Source of the DNA: Rhodospirillales bacterium
GTDB taxonomy: Bacteria; Pseudomonadota; Alphaproteobacteria; Bin95
Reading direction: 5' to 3'
Assembly: GCA_038143065.1 (NCBI GenBank)
Contig: JAYQLI010000035.1
Span: 2,792,225 to 2,856,224 of the forward strand
DNA length: 64,000 nt
The first letter of the stretch is position 1. Each line of letters starts with the position of its first letter. This document shows, one piece after another, positions 31,863 to 41,903 of this stretch. A program made the position numbers and the translations under genes. The notes beneath the pieces were generated by a model. It was not told the DNA's origin. It ran no database searches and saw nothing but the letters and a program-made list of their open reading frames with translations.

Positions 31863-32882
31863 CACCAAACTGACAACCTTTTTCATAACGCTTGGCAGTC
31901 CAACATCTGTCAAAAATTGTATCGGTTGCCAAAAACAATTACTGGGTGGGGAGCAATCACAATTACCGTAAAACACCTGAAGTTCTAAACGGAAGTGTGT
32001 GAAAATGTGATTAATAGTACCGATCTCGATCCAAGAATTTGTCAGTTCTTGAACCACTGCAGCTCCATCGTCATCAGACCATCCAAAAGAGGGCATCTCC
32101 GCCATGCCTCCAAGCAATCCATTGGGTTTGCGTCGTCTGAGCAAAACGTCTCCGTCTTTGTTTTCAATCCAGTAAATTTGACCTGACCTTGTGGGCTTGC
32201 GAGCCTTTAAAGGTTTGATAGGCAGAAAGTTTTCGAGGCCAGCTTGTTTTGCCTTGCAGAAATTAAGAATTGGACAGACCGAGCATCGGGGATTTTGAGG
32301 AAGACAAACGGTAGCACCTAAATCCATCATTGCCTGAGCAAAATCACCAGGCCTACTCTTGGGTGTCATTGATTTTGCAAATGAGTTGATTTCTGTTTTT
32401 GCAGTAGGAAGAGGTGTGTCTATTTTAAAAAGGCGTGATGTCACCCTTTCGATATTTGCATCGACAGGTGATGACGGTTGATCAAACGCGATTGCAGCTA
32501 TAGCTGCCGCGGTGTAAGGACCTATACCTGGGAGTTTGCTGAGTAAGATTTCCTTTCCGGGAAACCTCCCATTGTATTCTCTGGATACTGTGCGAGCACA
32601 TTTAATGAGGTTACGAGCTCTGGCGTAATAGCCAAGACCGGCCCACTCACCCATCACGTCTTCATCGGAAGCAGCGGCTAATGCTTCTACTGTTGGCCAA
32701 CGAGTTAAAAAACGTTCGTAACGCGGGGTAACTGCGGCAACAGTTGTTTGTTGTAGCATGACTTCGCTAAGCCATACCCTATAGGGGTCGGGAGTTTTCC
32801 CACTTTTAACCCGCCAGGGTAGATCGCGCTTAAAACGATCATACCAAGAAAGCAGAGGTTGAGAGATTGCAGAAGGGCGCAT
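31845..32882 (-). CDS. mutY: A/G-specific adenine glycosylase
   Basis: WLSEVMLQQT, WAGLGYYARARNL, LPGIGPYTA, CxxxxPxCxxCPxxxxC Fe-S motif. Confidence 0.96.
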   Translation of the reverse strand: MRPSAISQPLLSWYDRFKRDLPWRVKSGKTPDPYRVWLSEVMLQQTTVAAVTPRYERFLTRWPTVEALAAASDEDVMGEWAGLGYYARARNLIKCARTVSREYNGRFPGKEILLSKLPGIGPYTAAAIAAIAFDQPSSPVDANIERVTSRLFKIDTPLPTAKTEINSFAKSMTPKSRPGDFAQAMMDLGATVCLPQNPRCSVCPILNFCKAKQAGLENFLPIKPLKARKPTRSGQIYWIENKDGDVLLRRRKPNGLLGGMAEMPSFGWSDDDGAAVVQELTNSWIEIGTINHIFTHFRLELQVFYGNCDCSPPSNCFWQPIQFLTDVGLPSVMKKVVSLVLSTQR

Positions 32883-32901
32883 GAATGGCATATTGGAGAG
32901 T

Positions 32902-33397
32902 ATGACTAATTCCGACAAGCGCTATCCAATTTCGCGACCTCAATCAATTGCTCGGTCCCTGGATGCGTTATTGCGCAATCATCCCGGGTGCAAAACGGGC
33001 GCGTGCCTTTGCTGGGCTAAAGCGAGATTGGAAAGACGTCGTTGGAGCTGAATTTAGTGATATTTCTAGTCCAGAGAAATTTGATCCACCACGTGGACGA
33101 AAGCCAGGTGTTATTGCGGTAAAAGCAGTTCTTGGAGCGGCCTTAATTCTGCAGCATGATGCACCTCGTCTTATGGAGAGGATCAACAACTATCTGGGTG
33201 CAGATGCTGTTGGAAAAATTTCAATCATCCCAGGAATACCGCCACAGGTGAAAGATCGCTTAACGTTGAGCTCTGTTGACCCAGATGCCCTCCAATTAGT
33301 GGAGAGCCGATTTATAAAGATGGGTTTAGATATCAACGGCCGATTGGAAAAAGCATTAGCCAGGCTAAGTCTTCGTACTGGCTCTAAGAGCAAATGA
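32902..33397 (+). CDS. DUF721/DciA-family protein (frameshift near 32985)
   Basis: WKDVVG, ALILQH..PRLMERINNYLG; divergent from mutY as is usual in Alphaproteobacteria. Confidence 0.8.
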
Positions 33398-33402
33398 CCA
33401 AA

Positions 33403-33976
33403 TTACTGAACAAGTGCGGCTTCAATTGCTTTTTGTACTCGCTTAGATGATGGTCCAGTCGTGGAGGAGAACCAATCAATAAGACGGCCATCCTTGCTAA
33501 CAAGGTATTTATGAAAATTCCAACGTGGTTTTGCCTTCGCTCCTAGCTCTTTTAACGCCCAAGAATAAAAAGGGTGTGCTTGCTTGCCTGTTACCTCAGT
33601 CTTTTCGGCCATAGGAAAATCAATTGAAAAATTAACGGTGCAGAACTCTGTTTATCTTCTCGTCTGTTGCGAGTTCTTGACCACCAAAATCACCGGAAGG
33701 CACCCCAAGCACAACTAATCCACGGGAACGATAAGTTTCCCAAAGTTTCTGGAGGCCCTCGTATTGCGGGGTAAAGCCGCAGCGTGAAGCAGTATTTACT
33801 ATCAAAATGACCTTTCCTGAAAATTCAGACAAAGCAAGTTTTTCGCCTTCTATGGAAGTAAAGGTAAAATCATATGCGTTATTGCCAGTTGCAGCTCCAG
33901 CAAAACAAGCTGGAACTAGAGCAAGTCCTGCGGTTAGAAAAAAGCGACGTAGCACGACAGACCTCCTGAAAAGCAC
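33403..33976 (-). CDS. Glutathione peroxidase (Cys type, frameshifted)
   Basis: GKVILIVNTASRCGFTPQY, PSGDFGGQE, PRWNFHKYLV. Confidence 0.92.
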
Positions 33977-34000
33977 CTAACCCCTCATAAAAATGGGGCA

Positions 34001-34636
34001 TCATATTTTGGCGGCAAGTCGGCTTGCTGTTTGAGCCAGTGAGGTTATTTCAGCCCAAGCCTCTGCTTCGATTAAATTTGAGGGCGCAATCCAAGACCCA
34101 CCAACTGAAAATACATTAGGGAGTGTTAAGTACTCTTCTGCATTCGTCTGGTTTATACCACCTGTGGGGCAGAAAGAGAGATCTGGCAAAGGTCCCTCTA
34201 ATCCCTTGAGGGTCGATTTTCCTCCCACACTTTCTGCGGGGAAAAACTTTAATCGCCGATACCCATGCTCTCTGAGGGCCATAGCCTCCGAAGCGGTTGA
34301 CGCGCCAAAAAGGAATGGTTGTTCGAACTGTATGGCTGCATCAATTAGTTGGTTTGTTGCGCCAGGGCTGACAAAAAATGATGCTCCTGCTTTGGCTGCC
34401 TGATCCATTTGATTGGGGGATAGGATTGTTCCTGCTCCCAGGACAATTTCAGGAACCAAAGTCGAAATTGCTCTTATTGCATCAATTGCAGCTGGTGATC
34501 TAAGAGTGACCTCCAGGGATTTAATTCCACCAGCCAAAAGTGCTCGTGCTAGGTCCGGGGCCTTTGCGGCATTTTCTATAACCACTACCGGAATTATGGG
34601 TGGTGAATTATTTGGCAATTCGAACTTTTTTGGCAT
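34001..34636 (-). CDS. eda: KDPG/KHG aldolase
   Basis: EVTLRS, GAGT, FFVSPG, KFFPAE, FCPTGGI. Confidence 0.95.
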   Translation of the reverse strand: MPKKFELPNNSPPIIPVVVIENAAKAPDLARALLAGGIKSLEVTLRSPAAIDAIRAISTLVPEIVLGAGTILSPNQMDQAAKAGASFFVSPGATNQLIDAAIQFEQPFLFGASTASEAMALREHGYRRLKFFPAESVGGKSTLKGLEGPLPDLSFCPTGGINQTNAEEYLTLPNVFSVGGSWIAPSNLIEAEAWAEITSLAQTASRLAAKI

Positions 34637-34706
34637 AGCGCTAGATTCCAACGAAGAGTCAGACCATCCTTGCTAGCAGGCAATCAGATGAAAGGAAACT
34701 TGGTAT

Positions 34707-35618
34707 ATGCGCATCGCATGTGTTGGCGAATGCATGATTGAATTAACTGACGCCCCTTCTGGTATTGGGCGTGGTTTTGGTGGTGATACCCTCAACACGG
34801 CAATTTATTTGGCTCGGTTGGGTAAAGCGGGAGGTGTCAAAGTTGACTATGTGACGGCAGTTGGTGATGACCCATATTCTGACGAGATGATTGCCGCTTG
34901 GAGTTTGGAGGGCATTGATGTGAAAAATGTTCTTCGAATTCCAGGAAAGATGCCAGGTTTGTACTCGATTCGAACCTCTAAGTTAGGTGAACGAAGTTTC
35001 TTTTATTGGAGAAGTGCAGCCGCTGCGCGCCAAATGTTCAATGGTGAAGAGGGTAAACGCCTGGCTGCCAGTTTGAGGGATTATGATTGGATTTATTTTA
35101 GTGGGATCACGATGGGAATTTTAGACCTGGATGGTCGAATGATATTTCTGGATGCCTTGCGGCGTGCCAGTGATGCTAAAGCAAAGTTGGCTTACGACAG
35201 TAATTACCGTCCGCGTATTTGGAGTGATGAAGAGGAAGCTCAAGCTATGAATAGCGTTTGCTTGGGTTGGGCTGATCTAGCTCTGCCAAGCTTTGATGAC
35301 GAGCGCGCACTTTATGGGGACAAAAACCCTGAAGCGACAGCACTTCGAATTGCTAAACAAGGTTTATCCGAAATAGTGGTTAAGGATGGTGATAACGATA
35401 CTATACTATGTGTAGATAAAAAAATTGTGCGTTACAAAGGCGCTTCGCATCCTGAGCCGATTGATACTACGGCTGCTGGTGACAGTTTTAACGCAGGCTA
35501 TATTTTTGCCCGAATGCTTGGAAAGTCGCCAGAAGATGCGGTGGTTGATGGTGCAAGCTTGGCTTACAGAGTGGTAGGTGTGCGTGGGGCTATACTTCCG
35601 CGCGATATGGAGGTTTAG
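34707..35618 (+). CDS. kdgK: 2-keto-3-deoxygluconate kinase (PfkB family)
   Basis: GECMIEL, GGDTLNTAIYLAR, GERSFFYWR, DSNYRP, DTTAAGDSFNAG. Confidence 0.9.
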   Translation: MRIACVGECMIELTDAPSGIGRGFGGDTLNTAIYLARLGKAGGVKVDYVTAVGDDPYSDEMIAAWSLEGIDVKNVLRIPGKMPGLYSIRTSKLGERSFFYWRSAAAARQMFNGEEGKRLAASLRDYDWIYFSGITMGILDLDGRMIFLDALRRASDAKAKLAYDSNYRPRIWSDEEEAQAMNSVCLGWADLALPSFDDERALYGDKNPEATALRIAKQGLSEIVVKDGDNDTILCVDKKIVRYKGASHPEPIDTTAAGDSFNAGYIFARMLGKSPEDAVVDGASLAYRVVGVRGAILPRDMEV

Positions 35619-36470
35619 ATGTCCCTTTGGCCCAAAGAAGCAAAATTGGCTCTCTCGATTGTTGTAAATGTTGAGGAGGGTGCTGAGGCAAGTATAGCTG
35701 ACGGAGATCGTGGTCCAGAACCTGTTGATGAATTGGGTATTTCGCTTAAGAAATCCATTCGTAATTATGGAAATGAAAGTAACTATCAATATGGTATCAA
35801 GGCAGGCGCACCACGTGTCATGGACCTCTTAGAACGACACGGTATTAAGGCTACATTTACGGCTGCAGCCGTTGCTTTGGAGCGGGCTCCCGATCTAGCA
35901 GAGAGGATAGCAGTTGGTGGACATGAAGTTTGTGCGCATGGCCACAGATGGGTGCACCAGTTCCATATGGATGAGGTTTCAGAGCGTCAGTTTATTCAGT
36001 CTGCCGTTACATCCATTGAGAAAACGATGGGTGAACGACCCTATGGTTGGCTCTCTCGTTATTTACTAACCGAAAACACCCGTCGGCTTTTAGCGGAAGA
36101 GGGGTTTACATATCATATGGATGATTACTCTGATGATTTACCATTTTGGAATACTGACCAGAACATACCTATGGTAATCATGCCGTATGCGCTTGACTCA
36201 AACGATATGAAAATGTGGACCGATCCATCATACAGTCCCGAAGCTTGGCTGAAATACGCAGTTGACACCTTTGATTGGTTAGTTGCTGAGGGTGAAGCTG
36301 GCTCGCCGAAGATGATGTCACTTGGTGTGCACTTACGAATAATTGGAAGGCCTGGGAGAATTGGTGCTTTTGATGCCTTCCTCAGTCATGTCAATTCTAG
36401 GGATGATATTTGGATAGCAACTAGAAAGAATATTCGTGATTACTGGGCGCAGGCTAACCCTGCTCCGTGA
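35619..36470 (+). CDS. Polysaccharide deacetylase family protein, PuuE (allantoinase)-like
   Basis: VVNVEEG, ESNYQYG, HEVCAHGHRW, DDLPFW, MMSLGVHLRIIGRPGR. Confidence 0.85.
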   Translation: MSLWPKEAKLALSIVVNVEEGAEASIADGDRGPEPVDELGISLKKSIRNYGNESNYQYGIKAGAPRVMDLLERHGIKATFTAAAVALERAPDLAERIAVGGHEVCAHGHRWVHQFHMDEVSERQFIQSAVTSIEKTMGERPYGWLSRYLLTENTRRLLAEEGFTYHMDDYSDDLPFWNTDQNIPMVIMPYALDSNDMKMWTDPSYSPEAWLKYAVDTFDWLVAEGEAGSPKMMSLGVHLRIIGRPGRIGAFDAFLSHVNSRDDIWIATRKNIRDYWAQANPAP

Positions 36471-39178
36471 GACCTCCTGCTCTTGCTGTTGGTCATAGGG
36501 CTGCCGTTTGGCTCTCTAGTGACGGTCAAATTGAAAAACTCTCACTCCAAGAGGCTGCATCCAAAGCTGCGAAACAAAGACCTTTCGTAGTTCATATGCC
36601 AAGCGTTGCCAATCGCCTTGGAAAGGGGCCTTTTCCTGCCTTTGACCTGTTGTCTCTCTATGCCTTTGTGCGTCCAGCTCGATTTTGTCTGCCAACACCA
36701 GCTGGGGTGGCAGAAACTATGGGTTTACGAAGACCTAAAGATCTATATGAGCAAGTCACCATTCTACCTGAAGCGGCGCGTCTCCTACTTGCGGAATTAT
36801 CTAACTCGGAAGCTGATGCTGATTTAGCTGACCTTGTTGGCATAATGACAGAGGCAGGTTGGCCATGGTCACCAGCAGTTTCAAGGGCGCTTGAGGCCAC
36901 TGGAGCCCCCGCCACCAAGGCAACAGGGAGAGGTTTTGAAATTTGGCGACGCCTGCCCGTGTGGCGAGAAGATGCCCCTGAAGGTGAACCAAGCTCCAAC
37001 CCTGTGCCTGCAGATGAGGCCCGACAACGTCTAGCCTCGATGCTTGGTGAAAATGCTGAAACCAGGCCGCAGCAATCTGATTATGCCAGCGCATGCTCTG
37101 CTGCATTTCAGCCGCGTGAAGATGCAACCGCTCCAGACGTTGTTCTAGCTGAAGCTGGAACAGGTGTCGGTAAGACGCTTGGTTATTTGGCACCTGCAAG
37201 CCTATGGGCCGAACGAAACGGGGCACCTGTTTGGATTGCTACCTACACGAGAAATCTTCAACGTCAAATCGATGACGAGCTTGATAAGCTTTTCCCAATT
37301 TCTGCTGAAAAGCAGGCTCATGTGGTCATTCGTAAGGGACGAGAAAATTACCTTTGTCTTTTGAATTTTGAAGAATCTGCTCGGTCAGTCAGGCGCTATC
37401 CCGAGGATGCGGTTGGTCTCGCTTTAATGGCTCGCTGGGCTTCTGCGAGCCGCGATGGTGATCTAGTTGGTGGAGATATGCCAGGCTGGTTGTCTGATCT
37501 TGCCAGTCCTCGGATCACCATTGGTCTTGCCGATAGGCGTGGCGAATGCATCTACGCCGCCTGCTCACACTATCAAAAATGTTTCATAGAGAGGAGTGTA
37601 AGAAGAGCACGTCGTGCACGCTTAGTGGTTGCCAATCATGCCTTGGTAATGGCCCAGGCGGCACTAGGCGGCCTTGATGATTCTCACACACCAACTCGTT
37701 ATATATTTGATGAAGGTCATCATGTTTTTGACGCAGCCGATAGTGCTTTCTCAGCTGCCCTCACAGGGCTAGAGGCTAGAGAGTTCCGGAGGTGGTTAGT
37801 TGGAGCAGAGGGGCGAAGTGGACGGGCCCGAGGGCTACGAACACGCTTGGAGGAGATTTTACCTGCTGATCCGCCCGAGGCTCGTAGTGAGGCTGAAGAG
37901 TGCTTAGAGATTATACTTGAGGGCGCACAGTCTTTGCCGGGGGATGGATGGCTTCTACGAGTTGTAGAGGGTCGGCCGGTAGGGGCTTTGGAAGGTTTTC
38001 TGGCTGCGGCTTATAGCCAGATTTTAGCCCGCGCGGTTGATAAAACTTCACGATACACACTTGAAACTGAGGTGCGTCCAGCTCTTCCTGAAATAATTAA
38101 TTCGGCCGCATCCCTAGAACTGGCGTTTGGCGCTATGATTAGTCCTCTTCAACGGCTGCGTTTTCGTCTTTTGGGACGACTAGACCTAGAGGCAGATGTG
38201 TTAGAAACACAAACGCGTCAGCGCATTGAAGGTATTGCGAGGACTTTGCTTCGCAGAACGAACCAACTCAGTTCTTGGTTGGATATGCTTACATCATTGA
38301 AGAGTGAAGCCTTACCAGAGTTCGTAGATTGGCTGCAGGCCGATCAAGTCGATGGACAATTGCGTGACGTGGGAATGCACAGACATTGGGTCGATCCTTC
38401 GAAACCCTTTGCCCATGCTGTTTTGGAAAGTGCGCATGGCGCGGTTATTACATCAGCAACATTAACGGATGGAGGAGAAGATCTAAGAGGCTTCGTGGAA
38501 TGCGGCGGAGGCCAGCACGGGCGCTATACACCTTTCACGCCCTGCTATCCGAGCGCGCGCTGCTAGCCCTTACGATTATGGCCAGCAGGCCCGGGTATTT
38601 GTTGTAACCGATGTGAATCGGAATCGGCCAGAGGATGTTGCAGCCGCTTATCGGCAGCTTTTTTAGCGTCTGAAGGCGGTGATTTTGGCCTTTTTACGGC
38701 TGTCAATCGTCTGCGGGAGACCCACAGTCGGATGGCTGGGGCTTTAGAAGCTGAAGGATTAAATCTTTATTCTCAGCATGTAGATAAAATGGCTTTAGCG
38801 GACCTCATAGAAATTTTTCGTTCTGAAGAAAATTCATGCTTATTGGGCACGGATGCCGTGAGAGACGGTGTTGATGTTCCGGGAAGGTCACTGAGACTTA
38901 TAGTTTTCGAAAGAGCTCCATGGCCTAGGCCTGATATTCTTCATAAGGCCAGGCGAGCTCATTTTGGAGGACGAAAGTTTGATGATCGAATTACACGACT
39001 GAGACTTACACAAGCTTTTGGAAGACTAATTCGGCGGTTTGACGACAAAGGCTGTTATGTGATTTTGGATGGGCAAACTCCCTCACGTTTATTCCATAGT
39101 TTTCCTAATGGGGCTTCACCAATAAGGCTTGGTTTAGCAGAGGCTGTGAGTGAGGTTCGTGCTTTTCTAAAAGGTTAA
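36467..39178 (+). CDS. DinG/YoaA-family ATP-dependent DNA helicase (frameshifts at about 38490-38690)
   Basis: EAGTGVGKTLGYL, KGRENYLC, DEGHH, TSATL, DGVDVPG, QAFGRLIR. Confidence 0.92.
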
Positions 39179-39296
39179 ATTTTAATCGTTAAAACAAAAG
39201 TTTCTTCGATCTGACAGATTTTGATGTTTGGATTTGAGTAATCTTTGAAATGGTGATGTAACCTTAATTGTAATTTAATTTTTAATGAGGGTTAGC

Positions 39297-39476
39297 ATGC
39301 GGCGATACCGCTTTTTAACGGGTCCTGATGACCGTAGCTTTTGCGACAGGGTAACAGAAGCCATTAATGAGGGTTGGGAATTATTTGGAGACCCGCAACT
39401 TACATTTGATGCTGTAAAAGGACGCGTAATATGTGGTCAAGCTATAATACGCGAAGAGCCTGAAAATCAGGATTAA
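39297..39476 (+). CDS. DUF1737-family small protein
   Basis: YRFLTGPDDRSFCDRVTEAINEGWELFGDP...CGQAI. Confidence 0.8.
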   Translation: MRRYRFLTGPDDRSFCDRVTEAINEGWELFGDPQLTFDAVKGRVICGQAIIREEPENQD

Positions 39477-39579
39477 ACAAAGGTCAGGAGAGGGTAAAAA
39501 TTAGACTCTTCCCCCGTGATAAGAACACGCTTAGGCTATCGCATTAAATTTTTTTTTGTGTCTTTGGGGGACATTTGCC

Positions 39580-40724
39580 ATGAGTTTCCGTTGTAAAGCT
39601 GTAGTTTTAAGAAAAACTGACGCGCCAAGGCCTTTCGCCCAGTCAATGCCGCTTTCAGTAGAGGAAGTGGAGTTACTCCCTCCAGGGCCAAATGAAGTTG
39701 TAGTAAAGATTGCTGGGGCAGGTCTCTGCCATTCTGATCTATCAGTTTTAAATGGCGACCGGCCCAGGCCTGTTCCAATGGTGCTAGGTCATGAGGGTTC
39801 CGGAGAAATAGTAGAAGTTGGATCTGCCGTTAATGATATTAACGTGGGTGATCACGTTGTGTTTCAGTTCTCTGCATCCTGCGGCCGCTGTCGGCGCTGT
39901 CTGAAGGCCGTCCCCAAGTTTGTGAAACCGCGGCAGCAACAAAGGGTGCCGGCGATCTTATGTCTGGCCATAGTCGCATCCGAGATGCTAACGGCGAACG
40001 TGTGTCTCACCATTCGGGCGTTTCATGCATGGCAGAATATGCAGTCTCAGATAGAGGTAGTGTCGTTGTTGTAGATAAATCTATTCCGCTTGCAGATGCT
40101 GCCCTTTTTGGCTGTGCGGTTATGACAGGTGTTGGCGCGGTCATTAACACTGCACGTATTCTGCCTGGCGATAGTGTTGCCATTATAGGTTTGGGTGGTG
40201 TTGGCCTGAATGGCCTCCTAGGTGCAAAACTTGGCGGTGCTGAGAAAATCGTTGCTATTGATCTTGAAGATTCAAAACTCGGTCTTGCGCGTCAATTGGG
40301 TGCAACACACACAGTAAATGCTCGTGATGCAGATGCAGTAGATCAGGTCAGACAAATTACTGGTGGCGGTGTTGATTTCGCTTTTGATCTAGCCGGTACA
40401 ATTCCAGCAATGAATACGGCCTATGCTGTCACGCGTTATGGTGGTTCTGTGGTTACTGCAGGATTGTCACCCTCGGCAGCTGAATTTTCTTTCAACCAAA
40501 GCGATCTCGTGTCTCAAGAGAAGGCAATTCGAGGAAGTTATATGGGTTCTTGTGTGCCTGTTCGTGACATCCCTCGTTTCATCAGTTTGTATGAGCAAGG
40601 ACGTCTTCCGGTTGATCGACTTATTGACGGATACATCGGGTTTGATGAGGTGAACGAGGGCTTTGATAAGCTACAAGACGTAAAAACTGTTCGTCAGATT
40701 TTAACCCCACACGGTGCCAAGTAA
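39580..40724 (+). CDS. Zn-dependent alcohol dehydrogenase family (frameshift near 39905)
   Basis: GLCHSD, GHEGSG, CGRCRRC, FGCAVMTGVGAV, GLGGVG. Confidence 0.92.
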
Positions 40725-40738
40725 TGGAGGTGTAGCCG

Positions 40739-41085
40739 ATGACTAATTGTCTGGTGATTGTTCAATTTCCTTTGCCAAAACGCTCTGAAGATCAAGCAAT
40801 TTCTAGTGGAACAAGCACTGCACCAATTTATCGAGACCTTGCTGGCAAGGGATTGATTTCTAAGCATTATTTAAATGGAGATACTGGCACTGGGGAGTTT
40901 ACCTCTGGGAAAATAGGGCAGCAGCTGAGGCGTGGTTCACAAAAGAACGACAGGAAATGCTGGCTGATAAGTTTGGTGCGAAGCCAGAAATTATATTTTT
41001 TGATACGCACGTAGTTGTTGATAATCAACGCGGTGAGACACGAGTAAATGGTAAACCATTGCCTGATATTCAGGCTGCGGAGTAA
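40739..41085 (+). CDS. YdhR-like putative monooxygenase (frameshift at G-run near 40892)
   Basis: STAPIYR..GLISKHYL then, in the other frame, GGVYLWENRAAAEAWF...FDTHVVVDN. Confidence 0.75.
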
Positions 41086-41093
41086 GCTTCTGG

Positions 41094-41883
41094 ATGCAAG
41101 AGACAATTGTTCCAGTTTTGCCTCAAGGTCTAGCTGCCTTTGATTTATCCGAACGGGTGGCGCTTGTTACCGGCGCCTCGAGTGGAATTGGAAGATCCTT
41201 CGCTTCAGCTATAGTTCAGGCGGGTGGTAAAGTTGTTGTATCCGCTCGACGTGAAGATCGTCTGAAAGATTTGGTGGCAGAGCTTGGTGCCGATAACGCA
41301 TCTTACGTTGTCTGCGATGTTGGAGATCATCAGTCCCTACCAGAAATGGCGATGCAAACAAATAATGCATTTGGGGCACCTGATATCGTTGTTAACGTAG
41401 CTGGTAATACTGTGCGTAAGCAGGCTGAAGATCTAACACCCCAAGAATTTTTGGATGTGATAAAGGTTCAGTTGATGGCGCCTCTGCATGTAGCGCAGCA
41501 ATTCGTTGCCAGGAATGAAAGAAAAGGGCTGGGGGCGGATAATAAATATTGGCTCAATAACAACGAGTCATGCTCTTCCTGGGACCACTGCCTATGCAGC
41601 GTGTAAATCAGGCATTGGAGGCCTCACTCGAGCAATGGCTAAGGATTGGGGACCTTTTGGGATTACAGTGAATGCTATTTGCCCTGGGTTTTTTGCGACA
41701 GAGTTAACAGCGCCAGTGGTCGCTGACCAAAAGCGCTGGAGAGGAAACGCTGAGCGGACCTTTATTGGACGAAATGGTGTGACCGAAGATATGCATGGGG
41801 CATTAGTTATGCTTTGCTCTGAAGCTGGGCGATATGTATCAGGACAAATGCTTTATGTTGATGCCGGTTTTACGGCCAATTAA
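41094..41883 (+). CDS. SDR oxidoreductase (gluconate 5-dehydrogenase-like), frameshift near 41510
   Basis: TGASSGIG, WGRIINIGS, YAACK, VNAICPGFF, VDAG. Confidence 0.88.
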
Positions 41884-41903
41884 TATAAGTTATTGGACTG
41901 AGA

